Assembly: GCA_021803025.1 (NCBI GenBank)
Contig: JAJZQV010000003.1
Location: 20,634-84,633 of the forward strand
DNA length: 64,000 nucleotides
Direction: 5' to 3'
Origin: Actinomycetes bacterium
GTDB taxonomy: Bacteria; Actinomycetota; Actinomycetes; Propionibacteriales; Propionibacteriaceae
Below are positions 20,167-28,437 of this stretch, piece by piece. The first letter of the stretch is position 1. Each line of letters begins with the position of its first letter. Under the pieces are notes generated by a model. It did not search any database. It had not been told where the DNA came from and saw only the letters and a program-made list of their open reading frames with translations. Both the position numbers and the translations under genes were made by a program.

Positions 20167-21246
20167 TCACGTGGCCCGGTCCGATGTCGAGCCCAGCTCA
20201 GACGTGCTGTGCAGCCGTGCGATCGTGGTCAGGAGCGGTGGCTCGCACGGCAACACCTCGAAATGGTCGGACCCGATGTGACCGTCAAGGAGTTCGATGA
20301 GCACAGCAACGGCTCTTCGGCCCAGTTCACGTCGCGGGACCGTGATGTGGCTCCAAGGGTTGACCGCGTCGGCACGTGGTGCATTGTCAAGAACGACGAC
20401 GGAGAGCTGGTCCGGTATACCAATGCCGATGGCCGCCGCGAGACCGCCGAGTGTCGTCGCCAGCTCGTGGTTCTCGATGACGATCGCAGTCGTGCCGGCG
20501 TCAAGCACACCCAGGAGCCAGGCCTGCGTCAACTGATTCGGTTCGCAGATGCGGCGTTGGGTCGCGTTCAAGGCGCGGAAGGCGATGGCCTCGTCGAAAC
20601 CCGCACGGCGCTCTTCCTGCGGGTTCTTCGTCAGCGAGGTGCCGAGGTAGGCGATAGAGCTATGCCCATGGTCGGCGAGGGTATTGACGACAGCGCCGAC
20701 CGCACCGAAGTACCCGGCGGTCACATATGGCACCCCAGGAACATCACGATGGCCGATGAAGACGAACGGAAACCCCTCGCCGGCAAGCCGTCGGAGCTCC
20801 TCGTCGTTCTGTTCGAGACCGAGAATCACAGCACCGTCAGCGAGTTTCAACCGATTCGAGCCCGACCCGTAGATAGTGCGGGTCCCGTCACTGCCCTGCG
20901 TCGAGGCGAAGAGCACGAGATCCTGCCCGAGTTCGACGGCCTGCTCCTCGATCCCGATGAGGATCTCGTTGAAGTAGTTGTCCGAATGTACGGGGAACAC
21001 GCGCTCGAACGTGTGCACGCCGATGAGTCCGTTACGTCCCCCTCGTAGAGACCTTGCGGCGACATTCGGCACATAGCCGAGCTGTCGTATTGCGGCGCGA
21101 ATGCGCTCCTGGGTCGTCTCCGGGATACCGTTCTCAGCCGCCCTGCCGTTGACCACCATAGAAACCACCGCTTGAGACACCTCAGCGATGCGAGCGATGT
21201 CGCGCTGCACGGGCTTGGTCTTCTTGACCACGTCACGTCTCCTCAC
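20167..21246 (-). CDS. LacI-family transcriptional regulator
   Basis: N-terminal HTH (QRDIARIAEVSQAVVSMVVNGR) plus a periplasmic-binding-fold sugar sensor domain. GTG start. Confidence 0.9.
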   Translation of the reverse strand: MRRRDVVKKTKPVQRDIARIAEVSQAVVSMVVNGRAAENGIPETTQERIRAAIRQLGYVPNVAARSLRGGRNGLIGVHTFERVFPVHSDNYFNEILIGIEEQAVELGQDLVLFASTQGSDGTRTIYGSGSNRLKLADGAVILGLEQNDEELRRLAGEGFPFVFIGHRDVPGVPYVTAGYFGAVGAVVNTLADHGHSSIAYLGTSLTKNPQEERRAGFDEAIAFRALNATQRRICEPNQLTQAWLLGVLDAGTTAIVIENHELATTLGGLAAAIGIGIPDQLSVVVLDNAPRADAVNPWSHITVPRRELGRRAVAVLIELLDGHIGSDHFEVLPCEPPLLTTIARLHSTSELGSTSDRAT

Positions 21247-21269
21247 TGAGGACGCTGGGCTAATCTCTA

Positions 21270-21285
21270 GGTTATACGTATAACC
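21270..21285. promoter_or_regulatory. Perfect 16-bp palindrome, candidate LacI-family operator
   Basis: GGTTATACGTATAACC with the central CG typical of LacI-type operators. It lies 24 nt upstream of the LacI start and downstream of the candidate -10. Confidence 0.55.
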
Positions 21286-21299
21286 CGATGGTGTTTTTC

Positions 21300-21329
21300 A
21301 TGTTATGGCGACAGGCACAGAGTTGTCAA
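21300..21329 (-). promoter_or_regulatory. Candidate promoter of the LacI-ABC-oxidoreductase-esterase operon
   Basis: Minus strand reads TTGACA-N18-TAACAT: consensus -35 and a TAnnnT -10. Confidence 0.4.
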
Positions 21330-21634
21330 GCGCCCACTGTTGACCCATGGACGGAGGATCCACGTGGAGGAGGGGTGATGATGAGGCCGATCCCCGCGTA
21401 CGCGCAGGTCGACGAAGCAAAGTGTCACGGCTCTCGTGACCTGAGGGAGTCCGGGTGGACGTGTTGGTGCGGGTGGCAGAGGTCGAGCCCTCGAGAGTCG
21501 GGGTTACCGGCGGGGGGACTCGCCCACCCCACCTCGGACAGGGTCCCTGAAGAAGATCATCCGCGGACAACGCCCTAGAAACCCCTTGGCGTCTGGGGAC
21601 TCTCCTTCCTTTTCCGAGGAAACTCTGGCCGCGC

Positions 21635-22462
21635 CTATCCTTTGAGGCCGCTGGCGAATCCTTTGATGACATACTTCTGCAGAAGGAAGAACACGAGGAT
21701 GATCGGCAGGATCGCTATGAGGATTCCTGCAAAGACCACCCCCCATTCGGTCGCGTACTCGCCCCTGAATGAGAAGATCGCGACCGTAAGCGTACGAGCC
21801 TCGCTGCCGCCCAGGTAGAGCAACGGCGTCAGGAAGTCGTTCCACACGTGGATGGAGGTCACGATAACGACTGTTCCGGTGACCGGCCGTAAGAGGGGAA
21901 AGACGACGCGCGAGAAGCTCTGGAAAGCATTCGCTCCGTCGACCTGTGCGGCCTCCTCGTACTCGCTGGGCTGGGTGGCCAGGAAGCCGCTGTACAGGAA
22001 CACGGTCAGCGGAAGGTAGGCGCCGACGCTGTAGATGATCACCGACCAGGGCGTCTGCAGCAGCCCCAGGTCGCGCATGAGCTGGTACAGGGGAACCATG
22101 CCGAGCTGGATGGGGATCGAGATTCCCAGGGTCACGAGAATGAGGAGAACCCGGTTGACCCGGCCGGCGCCTCGAACGAGCCCGTACGCCGCCGCTGACC
22201 CGAAGCAGATCAGCACGACGACACTGATCGCGGTGATGAGAATCGTCTGCACGAACGCGCGGGCAAGATCCGCCTGTCCCCACGCGATCATGAAGTTGTC
22301 GAGGTAGAGCCGGGTGGGAGGGGTATAGGCGGACTTCGCGACCTCCGTGGGCGACTTGAACGCGACCACGACGAGAATGTAGATCGGGAACAGCGCGATC
22401 ACCCCGAAGACGGCGAAGAGCAGTTCCAGTGCCAAGCTCTGCACACCGTAACGTCTTCTCAT
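21635..22462 (-). CDS. Carbohydrate ABC transporter permease
   Basis: Start MRRRYGVQSLALELLF at 22462 overlaps the upstream stop by 1 nt (TGATG). EAA loop YEEAAQVDGANAFQSFSRVVFPLLRP. Confidence 0.88.
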   Translation of the reverse strand: MRRRYGVQSLALELLFAVFGVIALFPIYILVVVAFKSPTEVAKSAYTPPTRLYLDNFMIAWGQADLARAFVQTILITAISVVVLICFGSAAAYGLVRGAGRVNRVLLILVTLGISIPIQLGMVPLYQLMRDLGLLQTPWSVIIYSVGAYLPLTVFLYSGFLATQPSEYEEAAQVDGANAFQSFSRVVFPLLRPVTGTVVIVTSIHVWNDFLTPLLYLGGSEARTLTVAIFSFRGEYATEWGVVFAGILIAILPIILVFFLLQKYVIKGFASGLKG

Positions 22463-23382
22463 CAGGTTGCCCCCGTCCGTCGGCGCGCCCACGTCTGGAT
22501 GAACGCAGCGGCCGCAATGATCATGGTGAGCACCAAGGCGATCGCAGACCCGTACCCGTAGTTGCCCAGCACGAATGACTGTTGGTACGTGACGAGCGAC
22601 AGAACCTGGGTGGCAACGCCCGGGCCGCCGTTCGTCATGACGAAGATCTGGTCGAAGATCTTCAGCGCCCCGACCATTGTGAGCGTGATGTTGATGGTCG
22701 TGGCAGGACCGAGCATCGGTCGGGTGATGTGCCAGAAGTTCTGTCGCCCGTTGGCACCGTCGATCGCGCTTGCCTCGTACAACTCAGCGGGTACCTCCTC
22801 GAGAGCGGCGAGGTAGACGACGATCGAGAAGCCGGTGTTCTGCCAGATCAGGGCGACGATGACCGACCAGATCGCCACAGAGGTGCTGCCGAGCCAAAGC
22901 TGGATCAGCGAACCCAGGCCGAGCCCGGAGAGCACGCTGTCGATAGGCCCGCCAGGGTTGTACAGGAACTGCCACAGCACCCCCACGATGAGCGACGGCA
23001 GGATGAACGGCAAGAAGAAGATGGTCCGCAAGGCCCCGCGCAGCTTCAGCCTCTGGTGAAGACCGATCGCCAGCATCAGCGCGAGGGCGGTCTGACCGAT
23101 CACCAGAGAGACGGTGACCAGGATCGTGTTCCCGACCGAGCGGATCGCGTCCTGGTCTGCAAGGAGCGTCCGGAAGTTGGTCAAGCCGACGAAGTCAGCC
23201 CGTCTCCCCCCCTTGGAGTTCGTGAAGGCGAGAGCGGCACCCGCGAAGGTCGGGTAGATCAGCACCGTTCCGTAAAGAACGAGTGCGGGCAGTGCGAACC
23301 AGAGCAAGCTGCGTCTGTTGGGATGCCTGCCCTTCTTGAGGTTCTTGCCCGTACTGATCGCGGGTGCCACAGTCGTCGTCAT
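22462..23382 (-). CDS. Carbohydrate ABC transporter permease
   Basis: 306-aa polytopic ORF with LYEASAIDGANGRQNFWHITRPMLGP. Confidence 0.88.
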   Translation of the reverse strand: MTTTVAPAISTGKNLKKGRHPNRRSLLWFALPALVLYGTVLIYPTFAGAALAFTNSKGGRRADFVGLTNFRTLLADQDAIRSVGNTILVTVSLVIGQTALALMLAIGLHQRLKLRGALRTIFFLPFILPSLIVGVLWQFLYNPGGPIDSVLSGLGLGSLIQLWLGSTSVAIWSVIVALIWQNTGFSIVVYLAALEEVPAELYEASAIDGANGRQNFWHITRPMLGPATTINITLTMVGALKIFDQIFVMTNGGPGVATQVLSLVTYQQSFVLGNYGYGSAIALVLTMIIAAAAFIQTWARRRTGAT

Positions 23383-23397
23383 ATCGTCGTTACCTCA

Positions 23398-24666
23398 TCA
23401 GCCCTTCGCGTAGGCCGCATCGAGTGCAGCGAGTACCTTCGGGATGGTGATCTCGCCCGACGCCAGCAGCGGTGCAGTCTTGAAGAAGGCCTGCTGAGTG
23501 TCGCCGTTGACCCACCGGTGGTTGGGGAACGGGGTGAAGTGCTGGTTGGCGATGTACGGCTTCAGGACGGTGCCCAGCTCTGTCGAGACGGCCGTCGAAC
23601 CGGTAAGGATCGGGATGCTCGAGGTCGCCTTGGCGTAGTCGGCCGCGCGGGTGGGGTCGGACAGGTACTGGAACCAAGCCTTGGCGCCGTCGGGGTTCTT
23701 CGCCTTCGCGTTGAGGGCCAGCAGCTCAGGTGAGATCGGTACGTAGGTCTCGTCCGGGTTGTCCGTCGCGGGCAAGGCGAACACGCCGACATCGTCCGCC
23801 TTGTTCGGGAAGGACGCGAACAGCGCCGGAGAGTTCGTCGAGACGAGCGGAATCATGGCCGCAGCCCCGGAAGCAGTCTGCTTCATGGCTCCGTCGAGCG
23901 TCACCCCCAGCGCGTTCGGAGTGATGTAGCCCTTGTCCATGAGCGTCTTGTACTTGGCGAAGACCTCGTTCCATCCCGGGTCCTTGACGAAGCTCGTCGT
24001 GCCGGCCTTCATCTGTGCATCGATGTCCGGTTCACGCGCGCTCACCAGCGAAGCTGCGAGCATGTACGGAATGAACTGCGCCATCGACGGCGTCCCCAGG
24101 CCCTGAGCGACAGGAATCTTGTCGGCGTCCTTCAAGGTCTGACAGACGGTGAGGAACTCGCTCCATGTCGTCGGAGCCTTGACTCCGACCTGGGTGAACA
24201 CTGCCTTGTTGTAGAACATGAGGATTGCCTGACCGGAGGTCGGGTACGCCCAGATCCTGCCATCCCACTCGAGGAGCGCGCGATACGACGCCGGGATGTT
24301 CTTCGCCCAGGGCTGGTCGGTCAGGTCGGCCAGCGATCCTTCCTTGGCCAGCGGGAGTACGCCAGCCGTCAGGCTGCCGAGCGCGGCTCGGACCACATCG
24401 GGCGCCGTCCCAGAGTTGATCTGGATGCGAAGCTGCTCGACAAGGGCGTTCACCTCAGAGGTCGTCGGCTTGAACTCGTAGCCTGTCGACTGCGTGAAAC
24501 CGTCGTAGAACGGCTTGAAGCCGGCTCCTTGCTCGTGCGTGATGAGCGCAGTGACCTGCTTCGTGCCGCCTCCGGAGCTGGCTGACGTGCACCCTCCGAC
24601 AGCGAAGGCTGTCGCTAACACCCCGACAGCAGTGGCGCCAAATTGGCGCCGGGTAAGAGATTGCAT
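23398..24666 (-). CDS. Sugar ABC transporter substrate-binding lipoprotein
   Basis: 422-aa ORF with a Tat/Sec-like leader and lipobox (ATAFAVGGCTSASSGG). Confidence 0.88.
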   Translation of the reverse strand: MQSLTRRQFGATAVGVLATAFAVGGCTSASSGGGTKQVTALITHEQGAGFKPFYDGFTQSTGYEFKPTTSEVNALVEQLRIQINSGTAPDVVRAALGSLTAGVLPLAKEGSLADLTDQPWAKNIPASYRALLEWDGRIWAYPTSGQAILMFYNKAVFTQVGVKAPTTWSEFLTVCQTLKDADKIPVAQGLGTPSMAQFIPYMLAASLVSAREPDIDAQMKAGTTSFVKDPGWNEVFAKYKTLMDKGYITPNALGVTLDGAMKQTASGAAAMIPLVSTNSPALFASFPNKADDVGVFALPATDNPDETYVPISPELLALNAKAKNPDGAKAWFQYLSDPTRAADYAKATSSIPILTGSTAVSTELGTVLKPYIANQHFTPFPNHRWVNGDTQQAFFKTAPLLASGEITIPKVLAALDAAYAKG

Positions 24667-24681
24667 AGTTGCGTTTTCTCC

Positions 24682-26169
24682 TTACTGATGTTTGACGGTA
24701 TTTGTGGTTTTCTGTTCGTCCGGGGCGACTATCACGGCTTCGATGTTCAGCACAGTGGCGATCTTCTGGATGGTCGCGGCGTGGTGACCGATGCCGAGCG
24801 CATAGTGATGCGTCGGGGCCTCGGCGACCCATCTCTTCAGGAATGTGCGCACATCGGGCTGGAATCGGCCGAGTGTGTTGGTGTTTCCCGTGGGCGGAAC
24901 TGGGAGGTGGAGGGACTGTCCTTCGGCAATCACGAACTTGAACTTCCCGTTCGCCGTGATGGTGTTTCCCAACATGGTGATGGGGCCCTCTTTGATATTG
25001 AACTCCACGCTCGCACCAGCGCCAGGCTTGCCGTGGTACTTGCGAAGACTCCGGATCGCGGGCCGACCTTCGGCGATATTGATGTGGTGCGGGCCGTCGT
25101 GTCCGACAAGTACCGCATCCCGCTCATAGTCGATGGGATGGAACTCGGCGAAGCTTCCGCCGATCTCAAGGCGATCCATCACCATCATGGCGACACAGGT
25201 CTTGATATCGAACTCCCCGCACATGGGGAACCCCGCCGCCTGCAGCAGCGAGTTGCCCACGATCAGATTCGTCATCAGGGTTCGCGTCTCGGATCCCGGC
25301 AGTCCCTCGTAGTAGTACGCCAACCCGTCGAGGTTCTTCTCCGCGACGAATTGGTCAAGGGCCACGGCCGCACGCGCGGCCGTCGTCAGATCGTCCTGGG
25401 TGAGGCGCAGGGTGAGTGGGTCTGAGACCGGGTCCGGGGTGTCGAAGAACGCGAGAATCTCCCTTTGCTTGGCGTCCACCATCCTCGGATCCTGGTCGAC
25501 GTAGTGGCGAAGGATGTCCTCAGGCTCACAGAGCACCACGTGGCTGCCGAACGTGGCGGTGAGCGCCGTCGGGTCGGTGTGCATGTCGAGCATCGACTCC
25601 AAGACGTGCCCCATCAGACCGATCCGTGCGTTCCGCAGACTGTGGTAGACCTTCGCGATCTGGCACCACTCAGCCAGCTCAGCGTCGGCGATCGGGTCGT
25701 CGTGCAACTTGCCCAGGATCACCTCGGGGGGCCGCTTACCCATGCGTACGGCCGTGGCCGCGAACTCAGGAACGGCACAGAAGTCGTCGTTGACCAGCTG
25801 CATGTATGTGGTCGCGTGCGCATAGTCCATCGCGGCCAGTGGCTGCAGCGCAACCAAAACCACAGGTATGTCGAGAGCACGAATCAGCACGCCGAAGGTC
25901 GAGGACGTGGCATACGTGACCATGTCGACGAACAACAGGTCGAGGTCAGCGGCCCGGATCTTTGGCAGCGCCGCATAGGCGGTTTGCGCATCGTCGACCA
26001 TTCCGAAATTGATGGCCTCTACCCCGTTGGCGACAACCTTTGCCTCGAGGGTCCGCGCTTTCCCTTCCATGTCTTCGAGGAGTCCGGCGAACTGCCCCCA
26101 GTAGACGTTGTGTCCCACTGAGAGAATTCCCACTCTGGCTTCCAGTGGCCTACGGCGTTCAATCGCCAT
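24682..26169 (-). CDS. L-fucose/L-arabinose isomerase family protein
   Basis: Start MAIERRRPLEARVGILSVGH at 26169 with GGAGCAAGAGG upstream. About 495 aa. N-terminal layout (VGILSVGH..YW, LLFVDMVTYATSS) and C-terminal FKFVIAEG..HHYALGIGHH resemble the FucI/AraA-like isomerase family. Family call is from memory. Confidence 0.7.
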   Translation of the reverse strand: MAIERRRPLEARVGILSVGHNVYWGQFAGLLEDMEGKARTLEAKVVANGVEAINFGMVDDAQTAYAALPKIRAADLDLLFVDMVTYATSSTFGVLIRALDIPVVLVALQPLAAMDYAHATTYMQLVNDDFCAVPEFAATAVRMGKRPPEVILGKLHDDPIADAELAEWCQIAKVYHSLRNARIGLMGHVLESMLDMHTDPTALTATFGSHVVLCEPEDILRHYVDQDPRMVDAKQREILAFFDTPDPVSDPLTLRLTQDDLTTAARAAVALDQFVAEKNLDGLAYYYEGLPGSETRTLMTNLIVGNSLLQAAGFPMCGEFDIKTCVAMMVMDRLEIGGSFAEFHPIDYERDAVLVGHDGPHHINIAEGRPAIRSLRKYHGKPGAGASVEFNIKEGPITMLGNTITANGKFKFVIAEGQSLHLPVPPTGNTNTLGRFQPDVRTFLKRWVAEAPTHHYALGIGHHAATIQKIATVLNIEAVIVAPDEQKTTNTVKHQ

Positions 26170-26238
26170 GCCTCTTGCTCCAATTCTTATCGTAGTTCCT
26201 TGGTGCCGATATCTGTCGGCGCGCTCACAGCGCATCCA

Positions 26239-26716
26239 CTACTCGAGGCAGAAGACTTCCTGCATGAACCTGCTCGTGGCATGCTCTTCGTCCGGCTCCA
26301 TCATGAGCGGAGCCATGCCGGCCTGCCATTCGAGCCACGTGTCGTCCTGCCCCATCCGAGCTCGATGGTGGTGCCTGGTGCATGGTGGCCGGTGTCGAGG
26401 CAGATCATTGTCTTCTCCCCGAGCACGGGGACCTGGGGATGGCTGGTATCCCAGTCGCACACGTCCGTGTGGTATAGCGCCGGCGCGTGGAACCTGTACT
26501 CCAGCACCAGACGCTGCTCAGGTCCGAGCCGGTCATAGATCTTCGCAAGGGAGCTGGCGAGCCCGATCTCCTGATGGCCACGGATGTCGACCTGGCCGGG
26601 GTGATCGGAGCCGTCAGCCAGCAGCTGCCGAACGCCCACGAGGGCAACTTGGTGGCCCGTGTAGCCAGCTCATCACTGATCGGTTCAAAGGTGGTCATCA
26701 TCGACCCTCTGCTCAT
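26239..26716 (-). pseudogene. Decayed RhaI-type (xylose-isomerase-fold) sugar isomerase
   Basis: Three overlapping ORFs in three frames. Frame 1 gives TTFEPISDELATRATKLPSWAFG (N-terminus). Frame 2 gives LADGSDHPGQ..LAKIYDRLGPEQRLVLEYRFHAPALYHTDVCDWDT..LGEKTMICLDTGHHAPGTTIE (core metal site). Frame 3 gives a short tail. About 480 nt remain, versus about 1.3 kb expected for this family. Confidence 0.6.
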
Positions 26717-26734
26717 GTTCGGTCCGGATTCAAA

Positions 26735-26746
26735 TGAACCGTTTCA
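26735..26746. promoter_or_regulatory. Candidate LacI-family operator
   Basis: TGAACCGTTTCA is an imperfect palindrome with a central CG. It begins 3 nt downstream of the candidate -10 and is divergent from the LacI gene at 26997. Confidence 0.45.
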
Positions 26747-26749
26747 GTC

Positions 26750-26778
26750 AAACTATCCTGCCGTCCGCAGCCTGTCAA
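26750..26778 (-). promoter_or_regulatory. Candidate promoter of the isomerase-ABC operon
   Basis: Minus strand reads TTGACA-N17-TAGTTT. Confidence 0.45.
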
Positions 26779-26996
26779 TAGGCTTTGACTAGGTTCTATG
26801 CATCAACGAGGCAGGAAGATCCGGCCTTATGATGGGCCATGATCTGAAGCGCTTCATATACCGAGAGCTCAGTTCTGCTGCGATGGCACAGGGTTCGCTT
26901 CGGATCAGTGCGCCGAGCGCGCAGGGAAGAACCGAGCTGTTGGTGGGCTATACGCTCGAGACAGGCCGCGAGAAGCCGTGGTGGAGGAGGGTGACC

Positions 26997-28046
26997 GTGC
27001 GGAACGGCGACAAGGTCCGCCTGAGCGACGTGGCGCGGGCCGCCGGGGTCTCCCTCGGTACCGTCTCCAACACGCTCAACCGCCCCCATACGGTGTCGGA
27101 GCAGACACGCAAGAAGGTCCTCGCCGCAATCAAGAAACTTGACTTCGTACCAAACGAAGGCGCGGCGTCCCTACGCAGTGGTACAAGCAGGATGCTTGGC
27201 TTGGTGATCCCGGACGTCACCAACCCGATCTATGCCGAGATCACGAAGGGCGTTGCAGTTGCCGCTGAGGCAGCAGGCTATGCAGTCATGTTGTTCAACA
27301 CCGATGACCAGCCCGACCGCGAGCTCAGACAACTCGAGATGCTCGCGAGACACAGGTCGGCCGGCGCCCTGATTGTCCCTCGAAAGGCCGACGACCATCG
27401 CCTTGAACGACTTCGAAACCTCGGACTGCACCTGGTTCTCATTGACCGTGCCGCATCCGAGCATGACGGTTGCTCAGTTTCGATCGACGACGTCCGCGGC
27501 GGCCTCCTAGCCACGAGCCATCTTCTGGCCTCAGGTCGGAGGAAGATCGCGTTCGTCAGCGGACCGGTTCTGGTCCCGCAGGCGGCAGGGCGGCTTGAGG
27601 GTCTCCGCAGAGCCCTTGTTCAGGCGAAGCTCGATCCCGGCAGCTGCATTGAGATCGACATGGAGGACACGTCCTACGCCGACGGTGAACTCGCGGCGAG
27701 CCGGATCGCGGAGATGTCCGACCCGCCGGACGGCGTCTTCTGCATCAACGACCAGCTGGCTATCGGGGTCTTGCGGGGACTCATACGCGCCGGCATCAGT
27801 GTTCCCGCCGAGATTTCCGTGGTGGGATACGGCGACTCCGCCATTGCCGAGAGCGCACCCGTGCCACTCACCACTGTTCGGCAACCCATGTTCGACCTCG
27901 GGCGCGCAGCAGTAGGTCAACTGCTCAGCGAAGTGGACGAATCCCGTGAGGAGCACCACCACTCCTCGACTGTCTTCGTTCCCTGTCTCGTGATCAGGTC
28001 CTCAGCTCCTCAGATCGAGCGAAGCAGGACTCCTAGCGACGAGTAG
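26997..28046 (+). CDS. LacI-family transcriptional regulator
   Basis: HTH VRLSDVARAAGVSLGTVSNTLNRP plus a sugar-binding domain. GGAGGAGG lies 6 nt before GTG 26997. The ORF-track start 26829 is likely too far upstream. Confidence 0.88.
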   Translation: MRNGDKVRLSDVARAAGVSLGTVSNTLNRPHTVSEQTRKKVLAAIKKLDFVPNEGAASLRSGTSRMLGLVIPDVTNPIYAEITKGVAVAAEAAGYAVMLFNTDDQPDRELRQLEMLARHRSAGALIVPRKADDHRLERLRNLGLHLVLIDRAASEHDGCSVSIDDVRGGLLATSHLLASGRRKIAFVSGPVLVPQAAGRLEGLRRALVQAKLDPGSCIEIDMEDTSYADGELAASRIAEMSDPPDGVFCINDQLAIGVLRGLIRAGISVPAEISVVGYGDSAIAESAPVPLTTVRQPMFDLGRAAVGQLLSEVDESREEHHHSSTVFVPCLVIRSSAPQIERSRTPSDE

Positions 28047-28060
28047 TCGTTCCGTCAGAG

Positions 28061-28288
28061 TTGGACGAATTCATGGCTCTTCACAATCGACAGAGCAGCT
28101 GGGGCCTGAAGCCGCCGGTCTCGAGTTGGGTCGCCAGGGCCGGCGTCGAACCACCGCAGGGCGTGACCTGGTCGGACGCCATCGCGAATCGGAACTGGCT
28201 GATCCACCAGTACGACACGGTCTCTCAACTGCCGACCCGGAGAGCGAGTAGGCCCAATTGGTCGGTATCGGAAGGGCCCGATAAGTAA
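28061..28288 (+). pseudogene. Relic of a HEPN/DUF86 (HepT-like) toxin gene
   Basis: The 75-aa ORF contains TWSDAIANRNWLIHQYDTV, an exact Rx4HxY HEPN motif (nt 28190-28213) in the usual W..I...RN.L.H.Y context. The N-terminal half of a normal ~130-aa HepT is missing and there is no cognate nucleotidyltransferase gene. Confidence 0.35.
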
Positions 28289-28356
28289 AAGGCCCGATCC
28301 GAGTCGTTCACGCCTCGAAGGACGCATCGCGCCTTGTCAGATGGCATTTCGAATCG

Positions 28357-28437
28357 TACCGGAGAACGGACTTGAACCCTCACGCCCTTCGGCACGGGAA
28401 CCTAATCCTGCGTGTCTGCCAGTTCCACCACTCCGGC
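28357..28437 (-). pseudogene. Degenerate copy of tRNA-Leu(TAG)
   Basis: Reverse complement GCCGGAGTGGTGGAACTGGCAGACACGCAGGATTAGGTTCCCGTGCCGAAGGGCGTGAGGGTTCAAGTCCGTTCTCCGGTA. The first 33 nt are identical to the gene at 14013..14097. The anticodon loop is 1 nt short (TTAGGT), the anticodon stem has an A-C mismatch, the T stem has a G-G mismatch, and the 3' end is CGA instead of CCA. Confidence 0.6.

Noticed and set aside
21378-21578. 66-codon Cys/Trp-rich ORF behind GGAGGAGGGG as a possible peptide (RiPP-like) gene
   Set aside because: It uses rare codons (four AGG, plus TTA, CGA and GGA), has a lower third-position GC than neighbouring genes by hand count, and has no adjacent maturation enzymes. 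It is kept only as part of the unexplained-spacer finding.
14098-28356. Integrase, transposase or conjugation genes that would make the island an active mobile element
   Set aside because: Every sizeable ORF in the block is accounted for by transporter, regulator or enzyme genes. No recombinase-like translation is seen in any frame.
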